A stretch of 64,000 nt of DNA from Escherichia coli (GCF_003018255.1 NZ_CP027440.1); one strand, 5' to 3'; shown: positions 10,671 to 23,443, counted from the stretch's first letter. Translations and numbers: made by a program. Notes: generated from the sequence alone by a model not told the origin.

Positions 10671-11531
10671 CAAATATAGCGCCGGAAATATTAACCGGCT
10701 CACCCCGCGCTCCCATAACGCATCAGCCAGTTGTTCCACATCCTCCGGCGTGGCGCTCGGCCAGCTTTGCGCCTCGCCATACACGCCGTGGGCATGAAAC
10801 GCGTTCAGGCGTACCGGAACATCGCCAAGTCCCTTGATTAACGCCGCCAGTTCTTCGATGTGTTGCAAATAATCCACCTGGCCAGGGATTACCAGCAAAC
10901 GCAGTTCCGCCAGCTTACCGCGCTCTGCCAGCAAACAGATGCTGCGCTTGATCTGCTGATTATCGCGTCCGGTTAATTGCTGATGACATTCGCTCCCCCA
11001 CGCTTTGAGATCGAGCATTGCGCCGTCGCACACCGGAAGCAATTTTTCCCAGCCGGTTTCGCTCAACATGCCATTACTGTCCACCAGACAGGTGAGGTGG
11101 CGCAGTTGCGGATCGTTTTTGATAGCAGTAAACAGCGCCACCACAAACGGTAGCTGGGTCGTGGCTTCGCCGCCGCTTACCGTTATCCCTTCGATAAACA
11201 GCACTGCTTTGCGGATATGGCTAAGCACCTCATCCACGCTCATGGACTGCGCCATTGGCGTGGCATGTTGCGGACACATCTTCAGGCAGGTATCACATTG
11301 CTCGCAGACCACAGCGTTCCACACCACTTTGCCGTCGACAATCTGCAACGCCTGATGCGGACACTGCGGCACGCACTCTCCGCAATCATTACAGCGCCCC
11401 ATCGTCCACGGATTGTGACAGTTTTTGCAGCGCAGATTGCAGCCCTGCAAAAACAGAGCCAGACGACTGCCTGGCCCGTCAACGCAGGAGAAGGGGATAA
11501 TCTTACTGACTAAAGCGCATCTGCTGTTCAT
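10668..11531 (-). CDS. yjjW: Glycyl-radical enzyme activating protein (radical SAM, with ferredoxin-like Cys clusters) YjjW
   Basis: 287-aa ORF; several CxxCxxC-type cysteine clusters; co-directional with and overlapping yjjI. Confidence 0.85.
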   Translation of the reverse strand: MNSRCALVSKIIPFSCVDGPGSRLALFLQGCNLRCKNCHNPWTMGRCNDCGECVPQCPHQALQIVDGKVVWNAVVCEQCDTCLKMCPQHATPMAQSMSVDEVLSHIRKAVLFIEGITVSGGEATTQLPFVVALFTAIKNDPQLRHLTCLVDSNGMLSETGWEKLLPVCDGAMLDLKAWGSECHQQLTGRDNQQIKRSICLLAERGKLAELRLLVIPGQVDYLQHIEELAALIKGLGDVPVRLNAFHAHGVYGEAQSWPSATPEDVEQLADALWERGVSRLIFPALYL

Positions 11532-13053
11532 GGCTTATCACGCGCGGCTGGCGTTCCAGAATACGAGTGTTGCGTGCGGCTTCTTCTCCCAGCCAGGTGG
11601 TGTTGGTGCGTGAACCTTCGGCGCGATATTTTTCTAAATCCGACAAACGCACCATATAACCGGTAACGCGAACCAGATCGTTACCGCTGACATTGGCGGT
11701 AAATTCACGCATTCCGGCTTTAAAGGCACCGAGGCAAAGCTGTACCAGCGCCTGCGGATTACGTTTGATGGTTTCGTCGAGCGTCAGAATGTCGCTGATG
11801 CCGGAATAATAATAAGCATGATGCGGGGCGACAGTTTGCAGATGGGTAATCGGATCTGGCTCATCACCATACGGCAAGCGTGCGCCAGGCGTGGTGCCGA
11901 TATCGGAACTGATCCCCGACTGTGCGTGTAGCATGGCGCGTTTTTGCCAGCCATATTTCACGGGGGTATTGGCGACAAACTCCGCCAGTTGTGCGCTGAT
12001 GCGATAACCCACTTCATTTGCGGCGGCTTCTTTACCGTAGCGCGCGGCAATCCCTTCTTTCTCACACAGCAAGTTAACTGCTTCCGCCAATCCGTACATG
12101 CCAAACATTGGCACAAAACGTTCAGGGTTAATCAGCCCTTCTTTCACCAGGAAGCTATTCTCAAAGAAGTGTGATTGTTGATAGAGGAATTCACACCGCG
12201 CATCGATGATGGCGATCTGCTGCTGGCAGTAGTGCGGTAGAGTGCGTGTAAAGAAGTCATCCAGCGATTCACTGCGCTCGGCAATGGCTTTCAGGTTAAG
12301 GCGTACCAGCGTGCTGCCACCACCCGCCAGCGGCAGTGAGTTGTAACAGCTCACAATCCCGTAGCCCCCTTTTGTGAAAATTTTATCATGCACCGGACCG
12401 TTGGCGATGTGCGGTTTGCTACATTCACAGAGGTTCTTCGCCACTTCCAGCAGTAGGTCATCAGGGGTGATTTCAGGATCGTAGATAAAGGTCAGGTTCG
12501 GTGAAACCTGCTTCAACTCTGCGTCTGCACGTAAGATCGCGCGGGTAATGGGCGAATCAGACGGGCCGATATTGGCGTGCATAAAGGCGTCTGGCAGGGT
12601 TCTGTCGAGGTAACGCCAGAAACGTTTTATTCGAATATCGATCTCGTCTTGTGTTAGAATTCTAACATACGGTTGCAACAACGCATCCAGTTGCCCCAGG
12701 TAGACCGGCATCGATGTGACCGATGGTACGTGGTGGTAAAGAATGGTCAGCAGAGAGAGTGCATCATCAAGATCTTTCGCGCCTTCCAGCTCCAGCCATT
12801 CGGAACCGTTCGCCAGAAAACGGGCGTAATCGGGTAAGACATAGCGCGGTTTGTACGGCGCATGACCTTCAAACATATCGCAGATTACACCTTCATCCAG
12901 CGCGCGGCGGGCTTCGGCAGGAAGCTGTGGGTAAGGCAGATTGTTTTCTGCTTCCAGTGCCAGAAAATGGCGCTTCTGCTCCGGGCTAAGTACCGGGCTG
13001 GTGACAATTTGCTGGCAACGTTGTTGCAGTGCATTTTCATGAGAAGTGGGCAT
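11503..13053 (-). CDS. yjjI: Uncharacterised glycyl-radical-enzyme-like protein YjjI
   Basis: 516-aa ORF at the expected position upstream of deoC; family assignment from memory of the E. coli yjjI-yjjW pair. Confidence 0.8.
   Translation of the reverse strand: MPTSHENALQQRCQQIVTSPVLSPEQKRHFLALEAENNLPYPQLPAEARRALDEGVICDMFEGHAPYKPRYVLPDYARFLANGSEWLELEGAKDLDDALSLLTILYHHVPSVTSMPVYLGQLDALLQPYVRILTQDEIDIRIKRFWRYLDRTLPDAFMHANIGPSDSPITRAILRADAELKQVSPNLTFIYDPEITPDDLLLEVAKNLCECSKPHIANGPVHDKIFTKGGYGIVSCYNSLPLAGGGSTLVRLNLKAIAERSESLDDFFTRTLPHYCQQQIAIIDARCEFLYQQSHFFENSFLVKEGLINPERFVPMFGMYGLAEAVNLLCEKEGIAARYGKEAAANEVGYRISAQLAEFVANTPVKYGWQKRAMLHAQSGISSDIGTTPGARLPYGDEPDPITHLQTVAPHHAYYYSGISDILTLDETIKRNPQALVQLCLGAFKAGMREFTANVSGNDLVRVTGYMVRLSDLEKYRAEGSRTNTTWLGEEAARNTRILERQPRVISHEQQMRFSQ
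12373..12388. promoter_or_regulatory. Candidate DeoR operator OE (imperfect palindrome)
   Basis: tgtgaaaattttatca lies 279 bp upstream of the O1 palindrome, matching the known deo operator spacing. Confidence 0.4.
12652..12667. promoter_or_regulatory. DeoR operator O1 (deo P1), embedded in the yjjI coding sequence
   Basis: Perfect 16-bp palindrome tgttagaattctaaca; 599 bp upstream of the second palindrome. Confidence 0.7.
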
Positions 13054-13250
13054 CTTCTTTTCCTTTTATGCCGAAGGTGATGCGCCATTGTAAGAAGTTT
13101 CGTGATGTTCACTTTGATCCTGATGCGTTTGCCACCACTGACGCATTCATTTGAAAGTGAATTATTTGAACCAGATCGCATTACAGTGATGCAAACTTGT
13201 AAGTAGATTTCCTTAATTGTGATGTATATCGAAGTGTGTTGCGGAGTAGA

Positions 13251-13266
13251 TGTTAGAATACTAACA
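13251..13266. promoter_or_regulatory. DeoR operator O2 (deo P2)
   Basis: tgttagaatactaaca 45 bp upstream of the deoC start; preceded by CRP/CytR-like tgtga motifs. Confidence 0.7.
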
Positions 13267-13310
13267 AACTCGCAAGGTGAATTTTATTGGCGACAAGCCA
13301 GGAGAATGAA

Positions 13311-14090
13311 ATGACTGATCTGAAAGCAAGCAGCCTGCGTGCACTGAAATTGATGGACCTGACCACCCTGAATGACGACGACACCGACGAGAAAGTAATT
13401 GCTCTGTGTCATCAGGCCAAAACTCCGGTCGGCAATACCGCCGCTATCTGTATCTATCCTCGCTTTATCCCAATTGCTCGCAAAACGCTGAAAGAGCAGG
13501 GTACCCCGGAAATCCGTATCGCTACGGTAACCAACTTCCCACACGGTAACGACGACATCGAAATCGCGCTGGCAGAAACCCGTGCGGCAATCGCCTACGG
13601 TGCTGATGAAGTTGACGTTGTGTTCCCGTACCGCGCGCTGATGGCGGGTAACGAGCAGGTTGGTTTTGACCTGGTGAAAGCCTGTAAAGAGGCTTGCGCG
13701 GCAGCGAATGTACTGCTGAAAGTGATCATCGAAACCGGCGAACTAAAAGACGAAGCGCTGATCCGTAAAGCGTCTGAAATCTCCATCAAAGCGGGTGCGG
13801 ACTTCATCAAAACCTCTACCGGTAAAGTGGCTGTGAACGCGACGCCGGAAAGCGCGCGCATCATGATGGAAGTGATCCGTGATATGGGCGTAGAAAAAAC
13901 CGTTGGTTTCAAACCGGCGGGCGGCGTGCGTACTGCGGAAGATGCGCAGAAATATCTCGCCATCGCCGATGAACTGTTCGGTGCTGACTGGGCTGATGCG
14001 CGTCACTACCGCTTTGGTGCTTCCAGCCTGCTGGCAAGCCTGCTGAAAGCTCTGGGCCACGGCGACGGTAAGAGCGCCAGCAGCTACTAA
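13311..14090 (+). CDS. deoC: Deoxyribose-phosphate aldolase
   Basis: 259-aa product ([24 protein letters not shown]...) from internal ATG of the 267-aa track ORF. Confidence 0.93.
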
Positions 14091-14167
14091 GGCTTGATTT
14101 GCCGGATGATGCAGCGATGCTCATCCGGTTCCCCGATTACCTCGTCTCTTTTCCACGGGAGGTTACC

Positions 14168-15490
14168 TTGTTTCTCGCACAAGAAATTATTCGTAAAAAA
14201 CGTGATGGTCATGCGCTGAGCGATGAAGAAATTCGTTTCTTTATCAACGGTATTCGCGACAACACTATCTCCGAAGGGCAGATTGCCGCCCTCGCGATGA
14301 CCATTTTCTTCCACGATATGACAATGCCTGAGCGTGTCTCGCTGACCATGGCTATGCGAGATTCAGGAACCGTTCTCGACTGGAAAAGCCTGCATCTGAA
14401 TGGCCCGATTGTTGATAAACACTCGACCGGCGGCGTCGGCGATGTCACTTCGCTGATGTTGGGGCCGATGGTCGCAGCCTGCGGCGGCTATATTCCGATG
14501 ATCTCCGGTCGCGGCCTCGGTCATACTGGCGGTACGCTCGACAAACTGGAATCCATCCCTGGCTTCGACATTTTCCCGGATGACAACCGTTTCCGCGAAA
14601 TTATTAAAGACGTCGGCGTGGCGATTATCGGCCAGACCAGCTCACTGGCTCCGGCGGATAAACGTTTCTACGCGACCCGTGATATTACCGCAACCGTGGA
14701 CTCCATCCCGCTGATCACTGCCTCTATTCTGGCGAAGAAACTGGCGGAAGGTCTGGACGCGCTGGTGATGGACGTGAAAGTAGGTAGCGGCGCGTTTATG
14801 CCGACCTACGAACTCTCTGAAGCCCTTGCCGAAGCGATTGTTGGCGTGGCTAACGGCGCTGGCGTGCGCACCACCGCGCTGCTCACCGATATGAATCAGG
14901 TACTGGCCTCCAGTGCAGGTAACGCGGTTGAAGTTCGTGAAGCGGTGCAGTTCCTGACGGGTGAATATCGTAACCCGCGTCTGTTTGATGTCACGATGGC
15001 ACTGTGCGTGGAGATGCTGATCTCCGGCAAACTGGCGAAAAATGACGCCGAAGCGCGCGCGAAATTGCAGGCGGTGCTGGACAACGGTAAAGCGGCAGAA
15101 GTCTTTGGTCGTATGGTCGCGGCACAAAAAGGCCCGACCGACTTCGTTGAGAACTACGCGAAGTATCTGCCGACAGCGATGCTGACGAAAGCAGTCTATG
15201 CTGATACCGAAGGGTTTGTCAGTGAAATGGATACCCGCGCACTGGGGATGGCAGTGGTTGCAATGGGCGGCGGACGCCGTCAGGCATCTGACACCATCGA
15301 TTACAGCGTCGGCTTTACTGATATGGCGCGTCTGGGCGACCAGGTAGACGGTCAGCGTCCGCTGGCAGTTATCCACGCGAAAGACGAAAACAGCTGGCAG
15401 GAAGCGGCGAAAGCGGTGAAAGCGGCAATTAAACTTGCCGATAAAGCACCGGAAAGCACACCAACTGTCTATCGCCGTATCAGCGAATAA
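14168..15490 (+). CDS. deoA: Thymidine phosphorylase
   Basis: 440-aa product if initiated at TTG 14168 ([15 protein letters not shown]...), which is the start I recall for E. coli deoA; the track ORF extends upstream. Confidence 0.88.
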
Positions 15491-15520
15491 CGGTATACTG
15501 ATCTGATCATTTAAATTTGA

Positions 15521-16765
<1,245 letters not shown>

Positions 16766-16821
16766 TGGATTTGGGCGGAGCAGTGACTCCGCCTTTAATA
16801 TGTCACAAAAAGGATAAAACG

Positions 16822-17541
16822 ATGGCTACTCCACACATTAATGCAGAAATGGGCGATTTTGCTGACGTAGTTTTGATGCCAGGCGACCCGCTGCGTGCGA
16901 AGTATATTGCTGAAACTTTCCTTGAAGATGCCCGTGAAGTGAACAACGTTCGCGGTATGCTGGGCTTCACCGGTACTTATAAAGGCCGCAAAATTTCCGT
17001 AATGGGTCACGGTATGGGTATCCCGTCCTGCTCCATCTACACCAAAGAACTGATCACCGATTTCGGCGTGAAGAAAATTATCCGCGTAGGTTCCTGTGGT
17101 GCTGTTCTGCCGCACGTAAAACTGCGTGACGTCGTTATCGGTATGGGTGCCTGCACCGATTCCAAAGTTAACCGCATCCGTTTTAAAGACCATGACTTTG
17201 CCGCTATCGCTGACTTCGACATGGTGCGTAACGCGGTAGACGCGGCAAAAGCACTGGGCGTTGATGCTCGCGTTGGTAACCTGTTCTCCGCTGACCTGTT
17301 CTACTCTCCGGACGGCGAAATGTTCGACGTGATGGAAAAATACGGCATCCTCGGCGTGGAAATGGAAGCGGCTGGTATCTACGGCGTCGCTGCAGAATTT
17401 GGCGCGAAAGCCCTGACCATCTGCACCGTGTCTGACCACATCCGCACTCACGAGCAGACCACTGCCGCTGAGCGTCAGACCACCTTCAACGACATGATCA
17501 AAATCGCGCTGGAATCCGTTCTGCTGGGCGATAAAGAGTAA
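16822..17541 (+). CDS. deoD: Purine nucleoside phosphorylase DeoD-type
   Basis: 239-aa product ([28 protein letters not shown]...) from internal ATG. Confidence 0.93.
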   Translation: MATPHINAEMGDFADVVLMPGDPLRAKYIAETFLEDAREVNNVRGMLGFTGTYKGRKISVMGHGMGIPSCSIYTKELITDFGVKKIIRVGSCGAVLPHVKLRDVVIGMGACTDSKVNRIRFKDHDFAAIADFDMVRNAVDAAKALGVDARVGNLFSADLFYSPDGEMFDVMEKYGILGVEMEAAGIYGVAAEFGAKALTICTVSDHIRTHEQTTAAERQTTFNDMIKIALESVLLGDKE

Positions 17542-17572
17542 TTGTGTTTTGCTGAAAGGCGATTGTCGTGTG

Positions 17573-17603
17573 AAGCCGGAGTGGGAGACTGCTCCGGCTT
17601 TTT
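17573..17603 (+). terminator. Rho-independent terminator of the deo operon
   Basis: agccggagtgggagactgctccggct hairpin followed by ttttt. Confidence 0.8.
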
Positions 17604-17701
17604 AGTATTTATTCATCAATAGCAACTGATTTATAGATTTACTATTATTTTTCATATGGATAGAAAATAAAATCCATTCAAGTATCTATTCACGAATCTA
17701 T

Positions 17702-17965
17702 TCATTTATGTTCAGCCGTCATCCAGGAAGGGCATATCAGCAACTCTGGTGGACAACCATAAATTCCTGCCATTTTGCTTTTGATGTTTGAACTAAGCCG
17801 TTCCGTCTTTTCGATCTGTTTTAGAGAATTAATGGAGATACCTAACATTTTACTTACTTCAGCAAGTGATAGTTTATGCCTGATACGCACGGCGGTTAGC
17901 CAGGATATACCCTGGCTGAACATTAAATTGATAATCTCCCGTTCCTGGTTTTCCAGATCGATCAT
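17702..17965 (-). CDS. Hypothetical 87-aa XRE/Cro-type HTH protein, strain-specific (occupies the position of yjjJ in K-12)
   Basis: ORF with RBS-like agggaagga upstream of its ATG; HTH-like segment LSLAEVSKMLGISINSLKQIE; sits in an AT-rich segment between the deoD terminator and lplA. Confidence 0.45.
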   Translation of the reverse strand: MIDLENQEREIINLMFSQGISWLTAVRIRHKLSLAEVSKMLGISINSLKQIEKTERLSSNIKSKMAGIYGCPPELLICPSWMTAEHK

Positions 17966-17996
17966 ATTTCCTTCCCTGGATATTTTAATCAGCGAG

Positions 17997-19013
17997 TTAC
18001 CTTACCGCCCCTGCCATCCACGCTGACAACTCCCGTAGCTCTTTTTCCTGTTCCGGGAAGTCAACCAGCAGCGCTTCGCACTCCTGTTGCAGCATATCCG
18101 CGCGGTACAGACAGCCTTGCAGTCGCCCGGCGAGGGCTTCCAGCGGCGCGGGGTTGAGACTGTCGGTAAACACCTGGGCGCGGGTGATATGGCCTTTTTC
18201 AACGTCGAAATGCAGTTCCACGCCGCCCCAGGTAAAGCGTTCATCCAGCAGATGCGAGAATGCCGGAGCCTGACCGAAGTTCCATTCCCAGCTACTCTGG
18301 CGGGCAAAGGTTTCGGCGAAGTTTGGCAAGTCTGGCGTTTTGTCCGGGGAGATGATTTCCGCTTCCACGCGCTCGCCATAATGGGCGAAAAAGGCCTCGG
18401 TTATGGCCTCGCAAACCTGCTCATGGGTGATCCCCGGTAGCAATTCGGTCAGATTGGTCACGCGGGAACGCACTGAGGTAATGCCTTTCGCCGCCAGTTT
18501 CTTTTTATCCGGATTGAGATAGTTTGCCAGGCGGCTAAGGTCGGAATTGAGCAGCAAAGTGCCGTGGTGGAAGCCACGATCTTTGGTTTCGCGATAGGCC
18601 GAGCCTGAGACTTTGCGATCGCCTTCGGCGGTTTTCACCACCAGATCGTTACGCCCGGAAGCTTCGGCGCTGACGCCGAGCGCGTTCAGCGCATTGAGCA
18701 CAATCGACGTGGAGATGGTTTTATCGTACTCCGGCTTGCCAGCCATAAAGGTAAAACAGGTATTGCCGAGATCGTGGAACACTGCGCCGCCACCGCTACT
18801 GCGCCGCGCCAGGCGGACGTTATCTTCTTCCATCCGCCGGGTATTACACTCTTTCCACGGGTTCTGCGCGCGACCAATCACTACCGTGTCGGCATTGCGC
18901 CAGAGAAACAGAACGCGCTGCGTAGCCGGCATCTGGCGAAAAATACACTCCTCTACCGCCAGGTTAAACCACGGGTCGTAAGAGTCAGAGATGAGCAGGC
19001 GTAATGTGGACAT
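17997..19013 (-). CDS. lplA: Lipoate-protein ligase A
   Basis: 338-aa ORF ([25 protein letters not shown]...), expected length. Confidence 0.93.
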   Translation of the reverse strand: MSTLRLLISDSYDPWFNLAVEECIFRQMPATQRVLFLWRNADTVVIGRAQNPWKECNTRRMEEDNVRLARRSSGGGAVFHDLGNTCFTFMAGKPEYDKTISTSIVLNALNALGVSAEASGRNDLVVKTAEGDRKVSGSAYRETKDRGFHHGTLLLNSDLSRLANYLNPDKKKLAAKGITSVRSRVTNLTELLPGITHEQVCEAITEAFFAHYGERVEAEIISPDKTPDLPNFAETFARQSSWEWNFGQAPAFSHLLDERFTWGGVELHFDVEKGHITRAQVFTDSLNPAPLEALAGRLQGCLYRADMLQQECEALLVDFPEQEKELRELSAWMAGAVR

Positions 19014-19040
19014 AACGATTTCCTTTCTTGTAGTAATGGG

Positions 19041-19685
19041 TCACTCTTTTTTCTCGCTTTCTTCCTCTTCCGGCACCGGTTTACTGGCGGTTAACAGGAA
19101 GGGCGATTGCTGCCAGCGGGTGCGTTTACCCTGTAGCAGCGTGCGGGTCAGCACTACGCCGATTGCCAGTGAGAGCAGCAACATCAGGCGTAAAATGTTA
19201 GTGGTGTTATCCACCTGTTGGGCTTCGGTGGCGAGCGTATGGGTGTCGAGCGTAAGGCGCAGATAGCCGAGCGGTCCGTTTTTCCCGGCAATAGGTTCGA
19301 CAATCTGCTGGTTAAAATAGCCGCCCGCTTTTTTGCCGTCGAGCGCCAACCGGTCGCGCACTTCGACGCTTTCGCCAGAACGGGCGATAAGATCGCCTTG
19401 TTCGTCATACACGCCCGCGTCGAGGATACGGCCTTCATCCGTTAACTGATCAAGGATCGCCTGAATGCGTTTTTCATCCGGTGAGTCGGTACGCATCAGC
19501 GGTGCAACGTTCAGCGTCACCTGACGCGCCAGGGTGCGGGCCAGTTCTTCCAGCTGTGGATTACGCTGTCGCTGGTGGTTTTGACTAAACCATGACGCTC
19601 CCTGCATCAGCGCCACTAACAAGGCAAGACAGAACAGGACAATCACTGCCCGATGCAGCCGGAATTTCAGTTTTGTGCGAGCCAT
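19041..19685 (-). CDS. ytjB: Inner membrane protein YtjB (Smp)
   Basis: 214-aa ORF with N-terminal TM segment; divergent from serB. Confidence 0.8.
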   Translation of the reverse strand: MARTKLKFRLHRAVIVLFCLALLVALMQGASWFSQNHQRQRNPQLEELARTLARQVTLNVAPLMRTDSPDEKRIQAILDQLTDEGRILDAGVYDEQGDLIARSGESVEVRDRLALDGKKAGGYFNQQIVEPIAGKNGPLGYLRLTLDTHTLATEAQQVDNTTNILRLMLLLSLAIGVVLTRTLLQGKRTRWQQSPFLLTASKPVPEEEESEKKE

Positions 19686-19790
19686 CTTCCACCCTTTGAA
19701 AATTTGAGACTTAATGTTGCCAGAAGCAATGGATACAAGGTAGCCTCATGCGTTATTTTCCCTGCTTCGAACGATTTTACAGGAGCCTTA

Positions 19791-20759
19791 ATGCCTAACA
19801 TTACCTGGTGCGACCTGCCTGAAGATGTCTCTTTATGGCCGGGTCTGCCTCTTTCATTAAGTGGTGATGAAGTGATGCCACTGGATTACCACGCAGGTCG
19901 TAGCGGCTGGCTGCTGTATGGTCGTGGACTGGATAAACAACGTCTGACCCAATACCAGAGCAAACTGGGCGCGGCGATGGTGATTGTTGCCGCCTGGTGC
20001 GTGGAAGATTATCAGGTGATTCGTCTGGCAGGTTCACTCACCGCGCGGGCTACGCGCCTGGCCCACGAAGCGCAGCTGGATGTCGCGCCGCTGGGGAAAA
20101 TCCCGCACCTGCGCACGCCGGGTTTGCTGGTGATGGACATGGATTCCACCGCCATCCAGATTGAATGTATTGATGAAATTGCCAAACTGGCCGGAACGGG
20201 CGAGAGGGTGGCGGAGGTAACCGAACGGGCGATGCGCGGCGAACTCGATTTTACCGCCAGCCTGCGCAGCCGCGTGGCGACGCTGAAAGGCGCTGACGCC
20301 AATATTCTGCAACAGGTGCGTGAAAATCTGCCGCTGATGCCAGGCTTAACGCAGCTGGTACTCAAGCTGGAAACGCTGGGCTGGAAAGTGGCGATTGCCT
20401 CCGGCGGCTTTACTTTCTTTGCTGAATACCTGCGCGACAAGCTGCGCCTGACAGCAGTGGTAGCCAATGAACTGGAGATCATGGACGGTAAATTTACCGG
20501 CAATGTGATCGGCGACATCGTTGACGCGCAATATAAAGCGAAAACCCTGACCCGCCTCGCGCAGGAGTATGAAATCCCGCTGGCGCAGACCGTGGCGATT
20601 GGCGATGGAGCCAATGACCTGCCGATGATCAAAGCGGCAGGGCTGGGGATTGCCTACCATGCCAAGCCAAAAGTGAATGAAAAGACGGAAGTCACCATCC
20701 GTCACGCTGACCTGATGGGGGTATTCTGCATCCTCTCTGGCAGCCTGAATCAGAAGTAA
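19791..20759 (+). CDS. serB: Phosphoserine phosphatase (HAD family)
   Basis: 322-aa product from ATG 19791; HAD motif I LLVMDMDSTAI and motif GDGANDL. Confidence 0.9.
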   Translation: MPNITWCDLPEDVSLWPGLPLSLSGDEVMPLDYHAGRSGWLLYGRGLDKQRLTQYQSKLGAAMVIVAAWCVEDYQVIRLAGSLTARATRLAHEAQLDVAPLGKIPHLRTPGLLVMDMDSTAIQIECIDEIAKLAGTGERVAEVTERAMRGELDFTASLRSRVATLKGADANILQQVRENLPLMPGLTQLVLKLETLGWKVAIASGGFTFFAEYLRDKLRLTAVVANELEIMDGKFTGNVIGDIVDAQYKAKTLTRLAQEYEIPLAQTVAIGDGANDLPMIKAAGLGIAYHAKPKVNEKTEVTIRHADLMGVFCILSGSLNQK

Positions 20760-20807
20760 TTGCCTGCCCGTCATCCTGCGGGCGGCACAGCATTAACGAG
20801 GTACACC

Positions 20808-22190
20808 GTGGCAAAAGCTCCAAAACGCGCCTTTGTTTGTAATGAATGCGGGGCCGATTATCCGCGCTGGCAGGGGCAGTGCAGCGCCTGTCATGCCTGG
20901 AACACCATCACCGAGGTGCGTCTTGCTGCGTCGCCAACGGTGGCGCGTAACGAGCGTCTCAGTGGCTATGCCGGTAGCGCCGGAGTGGCAAAAGTCCAGA
21001 AACTTTCCGACATCAGCCTTGAGGAGCTGCCGCGTTTTTCCACCGGATTTAAAGAGTTCGACCGCGTATTAGGCGGCGGGGTGGTGCCGGGAAGCGCCAT
21101 TCTGATTGGCGGTAACCCAGGTGCGGGGAAATCCACGCTGTTGCTGCAAACGCTGTGCAAACTGGCGCAGCAGATGAAAACGCTGTATGTCACTGGCGAA
21201 GAGTCGCTGCAACAGGTGGCAATGCGCGCTCATCGCCTTGGCCTGCCGACTGACAATCTTAATATGCTGTCGGAAACCAGCATCGAGCAGATCTGCCTGA
21301 TTGCCGAAGAAGAGCAACCGAAGCTGATGGTAATTGACTCCATCCAGGTGATGCATATGGCGGATGTTCAGTCATCGCCTGGCAGCGTGGCGCAGGTGCG
21401 TGAAACGGCGGCTTATCTGACGCGCTTCGCCAAAACGCGCGGCGTGGCGATTGTCATGGTTGGGCACGTAACCAAAGATGGCTCGCTGGCTGGCCCTAAA
21501 GTGCTGGAACACTGTATCGACTGTTCGGTGCTTCTGGATGGCGATGCCGACTCTCGTTTTCGCACCTTACGCAGCCATAAAAACCGCTTCGGCGCGGTGA
21601 ATGAGCTGGGCGTCTTCGCGATGACCGAACAGGGGCTGCGTGAAGTTAGCAACCCTTCCGCCATCTTTTTAAGCCGCGGTGATGAAGTGACCTCCGGTAG
21701 CTCAGTGATGGTAGTGTGGGAAGGAACGCGTCCACTGTTGGTGGAGATCCAGGCGCTGGTCGATCACTCGATGATGGCGAACCCACGCCGCGTCGCAGTA
21801 GGGCTGGAGCAAAACCGTCTGGCAATCCTGCTGGCGGTGCTGCACCGTCACGGTGGGTTGCAAATGGCCGATCAGGATGTATTTGTTAACGTGGTCGGCG
21901 GCGTGAAGGTAACGGAAACCAGCGCCGACTTAGCGTTACTGCTGGCGATGGTTTCCAGCCTGCGCGACAGACCGCTGCCGCAGGATCTGGTGGTGTTTGG
22001 TGAAGTCGGGCTGGCAGGGGAGATCCGCCCGGTGCCCAGCGGCCAGGAACGAATTTCTGAAGCGGCGAAACACGGTTTTCGCCGGGCGATTGTTCCGGCG
22101 GCTAACGTGCCGAAAAAAGCGCCGGAAGGGATGCAGATTTTTGGCGTTAAAAAACTCTCCGACGCGCTTAGCGTGTTCGACGACTTATAA
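20808..22190 (+). CDS. radA: DNA repair protein RadA (Sms)
   Basis: 460-aa product from GTG 20808; N-terminal C4 zinc finger (CNECG...CSAC), Walker A GNPGAGKST, Lon-like C-terminal domain. Confidence 0.92.
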   Translation: MAKAPKRAFVCNECGADYPRWQGQCSACHAWNTITEVRLAASPTVARNERLSGYAGSAGVAKVQKLSDISLEELPRFSTGFKEFDRVLGGGVVPGSAILIGGNPGAGKSTLLLQTLCKLAQQMKTLYVTGEESLQQVAMRAHRLGLPTDNLNMLSETSIEQICLIAEEEQPKLMVIDSIQVMHMADVQSSPGSVAQVRETAAYLTRFAKTRGVAIVMVGHVTKDGSLAGPKVLEHCIDCSVLLDGDADSRFRTLRSHKNRFGAVNELGVFAMTEQGLREVSNPSAIFLSRGDEVTSGSSVMVVWEGTRPLLVEIQALVDHSMMANPRRVAVGLEQNRLAILLAVLHRHGGLQMADQDVFVNVVGGVKVTETSADLALLLAMVSSLRDRPLPQDLVVFGEVGLAGEIRPVPSGQERISEAAKHGFRRAIVPAANVPKKAPEGMQIFGVKKLSDALSVFDDL

Positions 22191-22210
22191 TGAGAGATAC
22201 GGAGGGAGAT

Positions 22211-23443
22211 ATGTCGTCATTTGATTACCTGAAAACTGCCATCAAGCAACAGGGCTGCACGCTACAGCAGGTCGCTGATGCCAGCGGTATGACCAAAGGG
22301 TATTTAAGCCAGTTACTGAATGCCAAAATTAAAAGCCCCAGCGCGCAAAAGCTGGAGGCGTTGCACCGTTTTTTGGGGCTTGAATTTCCCCGACAGAAGA
22401 AAACCATTGGTGTCGTATTCGGTAAGTTCTACCCGCTGCATACCGGACATATCTACCTTATCCAGCGCGCCTGTAGCCAGGTTGACGAGCTGCATATCAT
22501 TATGGGCTTTGACGATACCCGCGACCGCGCGTTGTTCGAAGACAGCGCCATGTCGCAGCAGCCCACGGTGCCGGATCGTCTGCGCTGGTTATTGCAAACC
22601 TTTAAATATCAGAAAAATATCCGTATTCATGCTTTCAATGAAGAGGGCATGGAGCCATATCCGCACGGCTGGGATGTATGGAGCAACGGCATCAAAAAGT
22701 TTATGGCTGAAAAGGGGATCCAGCCGGACCTGATCTACACCTCGGAAGAAGCCGATGCGCCACAGTATATGGAACATCTGGGGATCGAAACGGTGCTGGT
22801 CGATCCGAAACGCACCTTTATGAGTATCAGCGGTGCGCAGATCCGCGAAAACCCGTTCCGCTACTGGGAATATATCCCCACTGAAGTGAAGCCGTTTTTT
22901 GTGCGTACCGTGGCGATCCTTGGCGGCGAGTCGAGCGGTAAATCCACCCTGGTAAACAAACTTGCCAATATCTTCAATACCACCAGTGCGTGGGAATATG
23001 GTCGCGATTATGTCTTTTCACACCTCGGCGGTGATGAGATCGCATTGCAGTATTCCGACTACGATAAAATCGCGCTGGGACACGCACAATACATTGATTT
23101 TGCAGTGAAATATGCCAATAAAGTGGCGTTTATCGACACTGATTTTGTCACTACCCAGGCGTTCTGCAAAAAGTACGAAGGGCGGGAGCATCCGTTCGTG
23201 CAGGCGCTGATCGATGAATACCGTTTTGATCTGGTTATCTTGCTGGAGAACAACACCCCTTGGGTGGCGGATGGTTTACGCAGCCTCGGCAGTTCGGTGG
23301 ATCGCAAAGAGTTCCAGAACTTGCTGGTGGAGATGCTGGAAGAGAACAATATCGAATTTGTGCGGGTTGAAGAAGACGATTATGACAGCCGTTTCCTGCG
23401 CTGCGTGGAGCTGGTGCGGGAGATGATGGGGGAGCAAAGATAA
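22211..23443 (+). CDS. nadR: Trifunctional NadR (HTH repressor / NMN adenylyltransferase / ribosylnicotinamide kinase)
   Basis: 410-aa product; N-terminal HTH, HxGH-type nucleotidyltransferase motif (HTGHIYLI), Walker A GGESSGKST. Confidence 0.92.
   Translation: MSSFDYLKTAIKQQGCTLQQVADASGMTKGYLSQLLNAKIKSPSAQKLEALHRFLGLEFPRQKKTIGVVFGKFYPLHTGHIYLIQRACSQVDELHIIMGFDDTRDRALFEDSAMSQQPTVPDRLRWLLQTFKYQKNIRIHAFNEEGMEPYPHGWDVWSNGIKKFMAEKGIQPDLIYTSEEADAPQYMEHLGIETVLVDPKRTFMSISGAQIRENPFRYWEYIPTEVKPFFVRTVAILGGESSGKSTLVNKLANIFNTTSAWEYGRDYVFSHLGGDEIALQYSDYDKIALGHAQYIDFAVKYANKVAFIDTDFVTTQAFCKKYEGREHPFVQALIDEYRFDLVILLENNTPWVADGLRSLGSSVDRKEFQNLLVEMLEENNIEFVRVEEDDYDSRFLRCVELVREMMGEQR

Noticed and set aside
20012-20632. 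206-aa Ser/Ala/Arg-rich ORF on the minus strand
   Set aside because: Antisense to serB; low-complexity translation typical of an off-frame read of a GC-rich gene.
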